Assembly (NCBI GenBank): GCA_965637545.1
Contig: OZ281498.1
Span: forward strand, 5,890,001 to 5,954,000
Length of the DNA: 64,000 nt
Direction of reading: 5' to 3'
DNA from: Phallusia mammillata
Lineage: Eukaryota
Positions 37,084 through 48,844 of the stretch are shown one piece after another (positions within the stretch are counted from its first letter, which is position 1; every line of letters starts with the position of its first letter). The notes beneath the pieces are model-generated. The model was given only the letters and a program-made list of their open reading frames with translations, was not told the origin of the DNA and made no database searches. The position numbers and the translations under genes are program-made.

Positions 37084-40000
37084 CAAGAAACAGACCGAAT
37101 CAAATTGGCTGTCATAAGCTCTAGGTGGAAATAGCTAGGATAAATTTGCACCGAACATACGATATTTAATTGAAAGTGAATTGCTGATCGTTTTTTTTTT
37201 GTTGTTGTTTCCAGGACTCACTAAATTGGTTTTCTGTACATTTCTGGGCGCTGTAAACAAAATGTGTCAGCATGAGTGTGATTCTGTTGAAAGTCAGCCC
37301 GCAAAAAAATTCTCTTCACTGTTTCTTCGTGAAACAAAATTACTCAAAAGATTTAAACCTTTTTCCCGTTGAAAATTTTATTTTTGTAATTTGAAGAGGT
37401 ATTTCAATTGCGGTGTTAAGGAATTTTTTCCACAAATATTTTTTTTTAATTTCTATTCGAAAAAACGGCAGAATCATCACGCATATCTCATGCCAAAAGT
37501 GCATAGATATAGTAGCCTACAAGGAAAAGAGAAAAAACAGCAACGCACAGGGAAACGCGGTCCGTTTAATATAGCAGAAAATTTATCTCCATACAAAAAC
37601 AAAACGGAACGTGGTGATAAAGGGGAACAAAATAAGTGACTAATTGTATCAAAAAAAAAATCCGTGAGGCAAAATAAAATACGTTTTAAGTTTAAGCTTT
37701 TTAACAACTACAATACATTTTTTTTTGAGAAAGACCGCAGCCGCAACAAAGTTGTATCGGTTGCTGCCAATAGGCAAAGCTATTAACTTTTAAGTGGAAA
37801 AAACGTGAGAGGCGGAAGCGTTGTTTTGATTCTTGTAAAGCCATTCGTATTTTACGTAAGGTTTTAGTTTTGTTTTATTTTTTGAAAAAAATACCATAAT
37901 ATTGACAAATACTCTTGACAATGGTTGTGAAATAGAACATACCGAAATCATGGGTCGGCTTATTTTTGTGTGGTTCATTCCAGTAGTTTATCTTTGTAGC
38001 ATAACTGTTAAAAATTAGGAAATGTGCAGGGGAAGTTCTTAACATGTGGAAATCCTTATTCATTTCGAATAGGCTTTACAAGTAAACTGCTCGAACTCGA
38101 AAAAAAATAAAAAATAATAAGCCTTGCAAGGGAGCTGTGGCAATTTTTGCAAACAAAACCAGAACGTTTTTCATTATAGACAGAAAAATAGCTACAACGT
38201 GTGATTAACGTTTGTAATTTCTACAACTTTGCCGATCAAAGCTGAATAATAACCACAAAAAATATTATTCGGTACAAACGCAAAACAAATTTTCATGAAA
38301 ACACTTGGTAAGCATCTGAAGCTAAGTTGAATTAAAACATAGTGACACAATTGCAAGAAAACAAGCAATGAACCTGGAATAGAGGCGCAATATTAAAACG
38401 TTATGAAGAAAAAACTTGCCTTACTAGGGTTCTAAAAATACGAATAACTTTTGCACTCAGTTTGCCCGCACATAATTTGCATGCCTTGGCCAAAAGGTAG
38501 TTTCTGGCCGTTATTTTTGCCGAATAGTTGACGATGAGATATAAATATACCAGCCTACACAAATACCGGAAGGTGGGCGTGTGCCGGTCGTGAAATCTTT
38601 TATATCAAGTCAATATCGCCACCCAGCGGCATAGCACGCCGTTTATTTATTTATTTTCCGAGCAAACGCATTAAAAGTTCATAAACGAGCTGTTGGGCTA
38701 AAATTTGGTTAATTTTTTTACTTGGTATTTATGCGTCAAACTAGTCAAACAGGCCAAGTTAAAAAGTTCCTTTCAAACGGGCTAACCAAACCCTTCGCGA
38801 AATAAGAAAATATAATCTGTACCATTATATTTTATTATAATCTGTAGGGTGTAGCTTCACTGTTAATTTCCAATTACAAAAGAATCCTACCGTAAACAGC
38901 ATTATGGCAACGTGTTTAGCGGTTTTAAAGGCCGTTGACGCGTTGAGCGCTTTTGAGAGTACGCCGTACTATTTCATAAATTTCTCATTGTACAGTACTT
39001 ATTGCAAGTTACGCGGTTCATTTCCAAATTCACCCTTTCAACGCACGTTTCCTGTATTTGCAGAAACCAATTTACACCACAAAAGCCTTCTCTTTTCTGT
39101 TATTAAAAACAAATTTTGTCAGACTTTGCGAACTGCGGCTTATTGTTTTGGATCAACACAGTGCATTTTTTTAACTTCAAACTATTGCGTAACAAGGATT
39201 TCATAACAGCTTGTTTTAACACGGTTTTGTTATATAGTCGTACACCTAATCCAGTTGTACTAAGTTTATTATAAACACGTGGATAACAAAACAAAGCGAA
39301 CTCTCAAAATTACGACGCAAAAATAACAGTAGAAATAACAATAGTAAAGCAAGGAGCGATGTTCCTAATAGCTGGGACATATTCTACCACATTGTTACCG
39401 TCATGATTCAATTATAATCGGCAAAAATAACACAATTTTTGGACGTTCTTTTGTTCATGTTTAAAATGAACGCAGATGCCCCATGAAACGATATTTTCTA
39501 AACGCGAATGGACCGTATCGACCAAGATTGTTTGAAGCAGGGGCGGGTGTAATAAGCGGGATAAAGAAAAACAAAGACGCTTGGTAGAGATGTATCCCAA
39601 AAGAATTATACTCTGGAGATTTTTAAAGGCACGACCAAAAATTTGGTTTTTTAGTTAAAGTCACATTCAAGCCAATTTTTAGCCCTATTAGTTTGTAAAA
39701 TGTACATTCGTTTGGAATTTCCATGTTTACGTCCAAGTTATCATGTGGGTTTAGCATTTTCTATTTTGCCACAGCATTGAACAGCGTGTAATATATCACA
39801 ATTCAATACTGCACAGACACAAGAGAAAATAAAAACACAAATGGGGCAGATCGAAAGCGCGTTTAAAACTAAAAATAGGAAACGAAACGCGCTATCAGCC
39901 CACCCATCAAGGACAGCAACAGGATACATGCGCTTGAGATTGTCAGAGGCAGATAATAAAGTATATAACTACGGTATATGCAATGCAGTTCCATGTCAGC

Positions 40001-41443
40001 CATATAGTTCACTTTTTCAATAAGGGCTGGTTTTTGGAAAGGTTGCATGACCTCTTATAGATCGAATGAATCCAGGCAATCCAACGAAAAAATCTAGCGA
40101 TTGAATGATGTGGTGACTTTATGAAAAGGAACAGTTTGATATAGAGGTGTAAGTCCGTCCTGGCTGGAACTTAAGTATGAATTTTACGGCTTGCTTCACA
40201 CTCAGCATTATTTGTGTCACAATTTCCACAACTATGGGTCTCAATTCAAGCTTGTTTGAAAAAAATATCGAGTTCAAACCGGGTTTGCGGGTTGAAATTG
40301 TGGGTTATTTTAGGTCTAGTTTAACAAATCTACCATGTTGCAAATGATCAACAATCGCTATATTGGCATCATTACGAATATAGCGTATTGATACGTTTAA
40401 ATCAAGATTCTTTCTAAGTCTGTATCAGGTGATCCAAATTAAGTTGTGTGGAAACGAAATAACGTTTAAATGCCAAAACCAGATTTGAGAGTGTTTCAAG
40501 ATACGTAGAACACCAAGTCCTACCAACGATGCGAATTTCATCCTATTTTGACGCCTCAAACTAAAACAACGGATAAATGGGACTTAGTCAAAAATGGTGT
40601 GTAAGTGTTCTAATGTATACTAAGGCACAACAACGTATGTTCCATGAACTGGCGTGAGTAGACGGATGATAACAGACGAATATTGTTTTGCTGCCAAGGA
40701 TAGCAGCACGCAGAGCAATATAGAATGCACCGCGCGAGCACCAACGCTATTTAAGTTATGGGTAGGAATTCCATGCCCTAATAAATCATTCATCATATAC
40801 CTGAACATCCAAATTTTGGATGCCATTTTGGGCAGAAATAAATAAAACAGGCGGCTAATTCAAATCATAGATTATCTTGGTGAATATTATCAACCAAAAA
40901 AGAAAATTTGATTTGCACTATTTAAACCTGAATTTATTTCTAATCTTAGACATATTTAAATCTAATTCTTAAAATAACAGAATTAACACATCTTTAAGTT
41001 AGTGTTGCCAATATATATTTCCTTATTTCGTTTGACTATATTTACCAAAATAGTTTCCCTTAACTATTTCGTTGATCATATCTATGATAAAAAATTGATA
41101 CTACCACTATACGTTTGATGCCATAAAATACTCATCAATTTTGTCACTTTAATTTAACAGAGGCGGTTGTGCCGTGTACGAAGGGGGCAGAAATATTTTA
41201 CACAGTTTGATCAGCAGGAGATCTGTCTGTGTGTCGTATGTTAATCATTGATAACATCACGAAAGGAATGCACCCAAAACGCGTTGACCTGGACAATGGT
41301 AGGGCGTGGTCCGTGAAAGGTGTCACCAATGTGAACTCGAACAGTCACTTTGATATAAAACTCATGTTTTGCGATAAACGTCCTGGCGCGCAGCACCTTC
41401 AGTCTTTACCAACTGGTATCCAACACTGGCAGTTGTGTTAAGA

Positions 41444-43551
41444 TCAAAAACCCGTCGACGATGTCTTAAAGACCAGTAGAATTGCGTTGGCTTGATGGAT
41501 CAACCGATTGGCGCTCACATAAACCGGGACCTCGCTGTGGAAACGGGTAAATGACAATGTACGAGTCAGTGTGAAAAACAGTTAAATTTGGTTCAAATGC
41601 TAAAAAATAATGTGGCAAATGTATTTGAAAGGTATATTTTTTACCGTTCTTGATTATTTATTTGCACTTTAGAAACAGTTTTCATAATAAAATTTACCAG
41701 TTTACCAAAAACACAGTCGAAAATGCATGTGTTGGCATGAGAAAAAGTAAAATTTACTTAAAACGCTAAAAAATGATGTCCAGAAAACTGACCTGCCGTC
41801 CCTGAAGTAGGATTTTAATGTGTCGCTAAAACTTTTGGAGCACTTGACGAATTCTTTCTTTTGAAGATCTAAAGTCTAGAAATTGCAAATAAGAGTAACA
41901 GCAATGTATTTCTTAACACTTCAATTGACGTCATATTTAGTTTTTGAAATGAAGTCATATTTGGTTTTGCGCCAGAATTGCAACAAATCAAACAACGGTA
42001 TGTGTTTAGTGATACGCATCTAATAGTTCAAACAATTAATTCCAGGAATTTGTTTCTGAATGCTGACTGTGAATCACCTAAATGGCGAAAGTACCTACTA
42101 GAACAAATGAGAAATTTCAAACGATGACCAACATAGGTTACTTAACTACATGTAAAGAGAAATAATCTTACCCTTTTATTTTCCCGGGTGCTGTATTTAT
42201 GAAAGACTGCGTTGACGGCGGATAACAGATCTTTAATTGCACTTGCAATGTCCCTGCATGACACATACCAAAATTGTACAACAGTAGGAAGTGGCCGATT
42301 GCCCCCACCGAAAAACAAGACCTGTGGCTCACACAAGAACACTACTGTGTAAACTGAAACCAGGAAGTGTTGGTTCGCGTGGATACAACTCAGACAAAGA
42401 AAATCCTTTGTTTGAATAAAACACCACATGAATACCTAGTTTCTACCATCCCCCGTGCACTTGCGTGTACATATATCTAAAATAGTAGACACTGATTTGG
42501 GACTACCACAGGGCATTTACTTTATGGTTTGCAGAAATCTAGGTCTGTCGTTCATCTCGTCAGGTATCCTGGATAAAATCACTTTGAGTTTTCGGGATTG
42601 CTCGGATAACCGGACAAATTCTCTTTCTGTCCGATGAAGTCTGTGTTCTGTAATAGAAAAATATTGTAAGACACACCAGAAAGGCAACTTACAGGTGTAC
42701 AAGCACAAAACATATACAGTGGCATATGGCAATAATACTGTATTGCTAATGAGTAAAATCGTATTAGCTTAGTGTTGTTTTATATTGCACACATACACAC
42801 CATTATAAAACCATAAAATGACGACAAACAGTATTCAATAATATTGGCAGCAAAACATTTCCTGTTGTAATAAATACATAAAAATGAATTATGCCTGGAT
42901 CTGTGTACAGCAATTGTTATATACCTTGGCTATCTTGCCCTGACATTCGCAGAAGGCTTTTTGTGAAGCTTATTTCATTTGGAGCTTCTTTTTGAATTAC
43001 TCCACTTAGTAACTCTTGCGTAAATCCTGGAGCAGCTTTTTCTGCCTGTAAAAATATGATACTAAATTTAAACAATCTTATTTAAATCATGGTGATGCAA
43101 GTGACAATATACCAATTGAAGATTTTATCAAATAAGACATTTTTTAACAATTGAGTCAAAAAAACGAATAAGGCTATAAATACCTTTGTGTTTTATGGCT
43201 CTACACAATGTAACCGATACTTATATTGCTATTAGAATTGACAACAATACCACTGTTACACAGAGTCACAATTGTTTAAATTACAATTATTGTCTACCTC
43301 AGTAAAGGCACTTTTCAAAAGCTGGATTGTCTGTGGATCACATTCTCCTGAAAGCTGTACAGACAAATACAAACATATAATTTGTACATGAATAACAAAC
43401 ACATATGGTATTACATAAAAAGTGTTTGTATGGTTAAGTGTAACGGATGAACACCTACATTGTCTAACACTGGAAAAAGTCCAAGATGTAGAGGAACAGA
43501 CACTACTGGTGATCCACGGTGGTTTTCAATGTTGTTTGTAGATGCCGCCAT
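41444..43551 (-). CDS. PDCD10: Programmed cell death protein 10 (CCM3), 7 coding exons
   Basis: [31 protein letters not shown]|...SAFTE|[13 protein letters not shown]...[11 protein letters not shown]|...[22 protein letters not shown]|[17 protein letters not shown]...|[26 protein letters not shown]|...[16 protein letters not shown]...GF* (TGA 41444-41446). Confidence 0.95.
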
Positions 43552-44208
43552 TTGAAAATTTAGAACCCACTCACTTTATTTGTGACAAGTCATTTTTGTG
43601 ATAAATATTTCATGTAATTAAATTGCCTGAAAAACATTTGATAAGTGAAATACAAACAAGGTCAATTTGCGTACAGTGGATTTAGCAAATAATCTCATTT
43701 TGTTAAGTGCAACCTATAAAATACATTCATGTTCAAGTATATATAAGTCATGTACAGCAAAAATTAAAAATGTTCTAGCACAAATCATAAACATGCCCAC
43801 AATCACAGTGCCATTCAAATGATAGTTTAGTGTAAAAATTCAAACATACATGTATAGGACTGCTGCAAAAAGCAGCTGATACACTTCAAAAGAGGCTTTA
43901 ATAGAACTTTGAAGTAATTGTACAGGAGTGTAATATGATAAATGATTTTGAAATTGGAATTTGTTTTGTTCATTTTACCTAGCCTCTTTGCACTTTAAAA
44001 ACATCTTCTTCGTTTGAATAGAAAACTACCACAGTTTACCAACAACACAGTCAAAAACTTACGACAAACACTAGACACCAGCACCTATAAAACTAGAACT
44101 ATTTCTAGAAACTGGTATTTATCATCTTTGTAAAAAGTAAAATTTGTTTGACAGAAAGCACAACACACATAAAATATTTTAGAAAAGGTTATAAAATAAA
44201 GTTATACT

Positions 44209-44859
44209 TTACACAGAAAGAAATCTTGGTTGAGATTTTCTTACATCACTCCAATAACCATGTTTCATTTTATGCAACTGCACCTCGTGAGGCAACGTAT
44301 AGTGAGGAATGCTGGCATTTGTAGAGCCAAAAAAACTATGCGGCTGTGAATACTCATAATGGATAGGGTCCTGTCTTGGTGTCTGACTGTTTAAAGTACC
44401 AGGACGGGCCATGCTACTGACTGCATGCTTCAAAGGGTATCTTTCCTCTTTGCCAAATACACCATCATACTCCATGTCAGCAAACGCTGACTTTGCTCTC
44501 CTTAAGTATGCTCGGTCAACACTGTAACATGATGAAAACTTCGGAATAGGACAAGCACAAGGATCCTCTTCAGTTGCAACAGACCTTTTTCTGTATGTGT
44601 CGAAAGTCTTTCGTTGATTTCTTCTGAACTGAATGTTGCTTGCATGTGTAAACAACCCATAGTCTACAGGGCATTTGAAATATTGTCGGCCTCTCCAACA
44701 TCCATTGTGCTTTCCTAGAGGATATTCCAACTGCAAACCAACCCAATTTCCCTTGGCACCATTAAGGTGTCCTTTGTATCGGACAGTGGCACAAAGAATT
44801 TTTCCCTCATGCTGAACTTCCACATATTGTCCAATCACAATGTTTTGAAACAGCACCAT
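44209..44859 (-). CDS. Intronless 216-aa protein with an N-terminal CAP-Gly domain and an uncharacterised tail
   Basis: First ATG at 44859; IGQYVEV...ATVRYKGHLNGAKGNWVGLQLEYPLGKHNGCWRGRQYFKCPVDYGLF is a CAP-Gly signature. Confidence 0.8.
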   Translation of the reverse strand: MVLFQNIVIGQYVEVQHEGKILCATVRYKGHLNGAKGNWVGLQLEYPLGKHNGCWRGRQYFKCPVDYGLFTHASNIQFRRNQRKTFDTYRKRSVATEEDPCACPIPKFSSCYSVDRAYLRRAKSAFADMEYDGVFGKEERYPLKHAVSSMARPGTLNSQTPRQDPIHYEYSQPHSFFGSTNASIPHYTLPHEVQLHKMKHGYWSDVRKSQPRFLSV

Positions 44860-45620
44860 TTCTAACTTCTGTACCGAGCAGAACAAACAAAAAAATGTTA
44901 TGAAAAAATGTTAGATATAACACAGCATAATTAACTTGACAAAGGCAGTGAAATCCTTTACACAGTACAACAAAACAAAACCAGCGTTTATTAAACAAAT
45001 CGCATACCAAGCTTATATTTTTGAAAAGTGTGAAGAATACATTTCATTTTTGAGGGCAACTAACGACTGATTTAAACAGTGTCTACTATAATAGGCCGAC
45101 AACGCTTCCCATTTTTAACTCGTAAATTCCGTCATTTACACAGCAGCACGTTTACGAATAAACGATTCCTGGAACCGGCAATAACTGCTGGCAGAATACA
45201 CAAAAACGCTACACTCTTGAAAAAGGTAAATTTAATTAAGTTTTTAACTATGTTACATATTCTGGCAAATTGTATCTTGTTTGCTATTCTGCTAAAAAAC
45301 CCTGCGCATTTTTGTCCGGCTTGATTTTATCATGTCATATAGTTTGTTTAATGAACCATATCCACAACCACAAAACTATTTGCTGCTAAAAATGGAACAT
45401 TAGCAACATAAAAATCTTACAAAATTGAGAATTTCGGGAAGCACAAACAGGCTTTTACATTTACGTGCAAACCACTGCAGTTAGTATGAGTAAAAATCGG
45501 TATTGTGTTTGTAAATACTAATAATTATAGTTGACAATGTTATTGTTTCCATAAAGTTTGTCTAAATACCACACATGTTTTTCTTGCCACATTTAACATT
45601 TGTACGCCGTCGCCCTAAAC

Positions 45621-46794
45621 CAGGGGTGGGCAAACTTTTCAGTGCAAGGGCCGCATTCAAAAGTTCATAATCTTATGGGGCCGCATAGTATTTCACCAAC
45701 GGCCCCCAATTACTTGCCTGTTTTTAAAAATAACTGGTGTAAAAAATTAGATTTAAATCATATATATATATACCATTTAAAGCCGCCTAAAATGCTCAGG
45801 TTAGTAATTTCTAACTTGGTGTATATAAGTTTAGCTGAACGGAGATAACTGTTTATGACGTCATAATCTGTATTGTGACGATTGCGGTGCCTGTTCTTTT
45901 CGCATTGTTTGCACACAATAAGCGGATAAAAAGCCTTGCGCTTATGGCCAGTCTCACGAAATCTCGTTTTAGCAGTTTGAAAATCGAAATATTTGGCAAA
46001 ATAATTTTAGTCACCTCACGGCAGTCAGTATATATATTTTAACATACAAGGTCACGGCCGCACAAACTCGTCTCCGCGGCCGCATATGGCCGTACGACCG
46101 TAAGTTGTGCACCCCTGATTTAGCCCAAAGTATTAACATAGTATATTTTCAGCTATGTGCAAATACGTTATCAGTTTGTTTGGAGAAACATTAGTTGAAA
46201 CGCTACTATTGTAATTGTTTTAAAATAAACAGGCTTTTGGTGCAACATAGGATACACCACGATTTTTTGTTAACAAATTCCTTGCGCCAACATTAAACAA
46301 AGCGAGCCGCTTTTAGTATCCATCTTTAAGTGCTGTGCGGGTCTGTGTTAACGATTCTAAAGCCGTGTTTAATGTCCGTTTGCAATGTACTGCAACGACC
46401 TAAACTTGATCCAAAGTGACCAAAGTTTTGGCGTCAACAGTGCAAAGTGGGCTGTATTTGAAAACGTGAATAGCTTTTACTTTTATCGAACGAAGAAATT
46501 GTGTCAAGTGACGATTTGCATAATAACGTGGCAGAAACAACAGGCTAAAACATGTAAAACGTATCTGTGTTTAGTTCCAAAGTATTGTATACTGGTACAG
46601 ATTCTGCATATGGTATAGGTATCGGCAAGTCGCACCTTCGGTATTTTTTAAAACTCTACGCCTGTGCTTATAATACCGTACTATTTAGCGTGGCTCGGTA
46701 ACTTTCTCTTTAAAATTTACTAACATTTGGCGGGCCGCATAAACTCCTTTGGCGGGCCGCATGCGGCCCGCGGGCCGTAGTTTGCCCACCCCTG
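45621..46794. mobile_element. Composite hAT element with an extra internal right end
   Basis: TIRs CAGGGGTGGGCAAAC / GTTTGCCCACCCCTG; perfect TSD ccctaaac; gcggcc(c/g)gc subterminal motifs; second right-end-like sequence gttgtgcacccctg ending ~46117. Confidence 0.88.
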
Positions 46795-47002
46795 CCCTAA
46801 ACTAACATACACCAAAATTTAACTGAACTTTGTGTTTTTGAAAAAAATGCATGAAAATCGGTTCGTAATCTCGTCTTTCTGGTCGTAGAAAAAGGTACTC
46901 TGCCATTCTCACCCCTACGGTAAAAACGTGTCGGGATTTGTTTACCAAACTGTGTTGTTATGCTTTCTATGAACCAAAATCATTCACAATACTATATTAG
47001 AT

Positions 47003-47334
47003 CGGGGGTGTGCAACCTGCGGCTGCGGCCCGCGGTCCAAATGCGGCTCATTGATTAAAGGTTATGCGGCCCGCAGAGACCCTTGGATTTCACATGTAGC
47101 CTACTGGCCAACGAATCCAATTATTATGTATTTTTGAGCAGATTAATGCGCCCTGTGCTATTTTTCAGCGACCTGACAATATGCGGCTGAGATCAAATGC
47201 GAATTTTACGTGTAGTTAGGCATATTTGGTATATGCAACAAAGTAAAATTACCTTTTATTTAAAAAGGTGCGGCCCGCGGTCTAACCATTGTAATTGCAT
47301 TTGCCCCCCCAGTAAAAAAGGTTGCAAACCCCTG
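47003..47334. mobile_element. hAT MITE related to the 45621-46794 element
   Basis: Ends CGGGGGTGTGCAACC / GGTTGCAAACCCCTG; gcggcccgc subterminal repeats; decayed TSD tattagat/ctttggat. Confidence 0.75.
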
Positions 47335-48844
47335 CTTTGGATTATTACTGACGTTGTGATGTATAACTATAGGCTACTGTGCGGTAAAACGGTCAAAATA
47401 TTGAAAAACTTTAGTGTGACTATAATTTATTAAAGACTAGCAGGTGCAGAAACCACATAAGATGATGGATACCATTGTTGTGACTTTTTTCCGCGGTTAA
47501 GGATTGTTTTACTGTCATTTAACTACCTTCTTCACAATGGTGTCGAGTCACTTTCTTTGTGCACAGGGTAATAGGAGGTCGATAAGTCACAATTAACTTC
47601 AACCATTGTCCAAACTGAACGTGACCAGGGTGCCTTCAAATAGATTAGGGTAAAAACTAGGTATACGTGTTCATATGGCCCGAAAGGCTTATATGATAGG
47701 CAAGCCGTGAGCACGATTAGGAATCGAGACGGCCCTTACATAAATATAGAATCAGCCGGCGTAAAAAACTGTTATAACAAGATGCAAGTCATTGGTTGCA
47801 AGTAAAGTGAAAATATCACAGCTGTCGACAGTGTACATGCTTCAGGCTGAATGGTTAGGCCATCGATAGCTTCCTGCCTGTAATTTCGAAAAGTAAATAA
47901 ACAAACGCACACCAGACGCGAAGCATGCGAGTATACATACAGTTATGATAAGATTGACGCGCAGGTTGTAGACAGTTACTAAGTGTATGTGCACATTGTG
48001 CAGCTAAGGAAATGTTTTCGTATGTTATGACATGACAGATAGTAGGTAGTTTAGACTGATAAATGGTGTGAGGCTGAAGTAAACTGTGTATGTAGGCTAA
48101 ACATTTTAATACAGATGACATAATTGCCATGTAGTTATGAGTACATTCGAATGTTCTTATTTGGAGGGTAACCGACACGCAATAACTAGCCGGAAAACCC
48201 GAAAACGTGAGATTTCACAGACCATGGCAGATGGAAATAGATTAGCGTCAACTGCGTTATAGTTGACAAGTATTACATGAGAACGGTGTTAACTTGTCGA
48301 ACCAGTCGTATGTCAAGCAGTCTGCACAACTGTTGACTTCCTCATTGTTACGCAGCAATCACATAAACGCTTGTACGTTTAAGGTCACGAAACCTGGCCC
48401 ATTCGCGGGAAGTAATCGATTCATTTTTAGACCAGAACAGCTCGGGCAAGTTTTTGGCCCAAGAAACCCACAGCGCTACTTCCCACGGGATCAAACTGCT
48501 TAACATAAGTGCAGTACTTATGTTACTGTGAGGTTTGCCGGATCATCTCCGCTGTGTGGGGTTTATACACAGCGGTCACGCGCGGACGTATTACACGTGA
48601 ATTATTATCTTTCTCGTGTGTCTTAATAGACACGATTAGGCATTAATAAAGAGCAGGTTAAACCGGTTGGCTAAAGAATGCTCTCTTATCGCAGTTTGTC
48701 AGTATTGATCGGTAAGCTATACACTGTTGCCACTTCAGATAAGAGCAGGCCTTTTGAGATTACATAACACTGTAAGCCTGCTTGTATGTGTTCTCTGGCT
48801 GCTGCATATGTACTTGCTGTTAATTTTCAGCTTAGTACTAGGCC

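Noticed and set aside
39841-40023. ORF starting MGQIES (myristoylation-like)
   Set aside because: No downstream exon could be found. The A-rich leader is better explained as the reverse complement of a minus-strand polypyrimidine acceptor.
41158-41804. Apparent TIR pair cagaggcgg / ccgtccctg
   Set aside because: There is no TSD, and the right end is PDCD10 coding sequence (FRDGR) at an exon-intron boundary.
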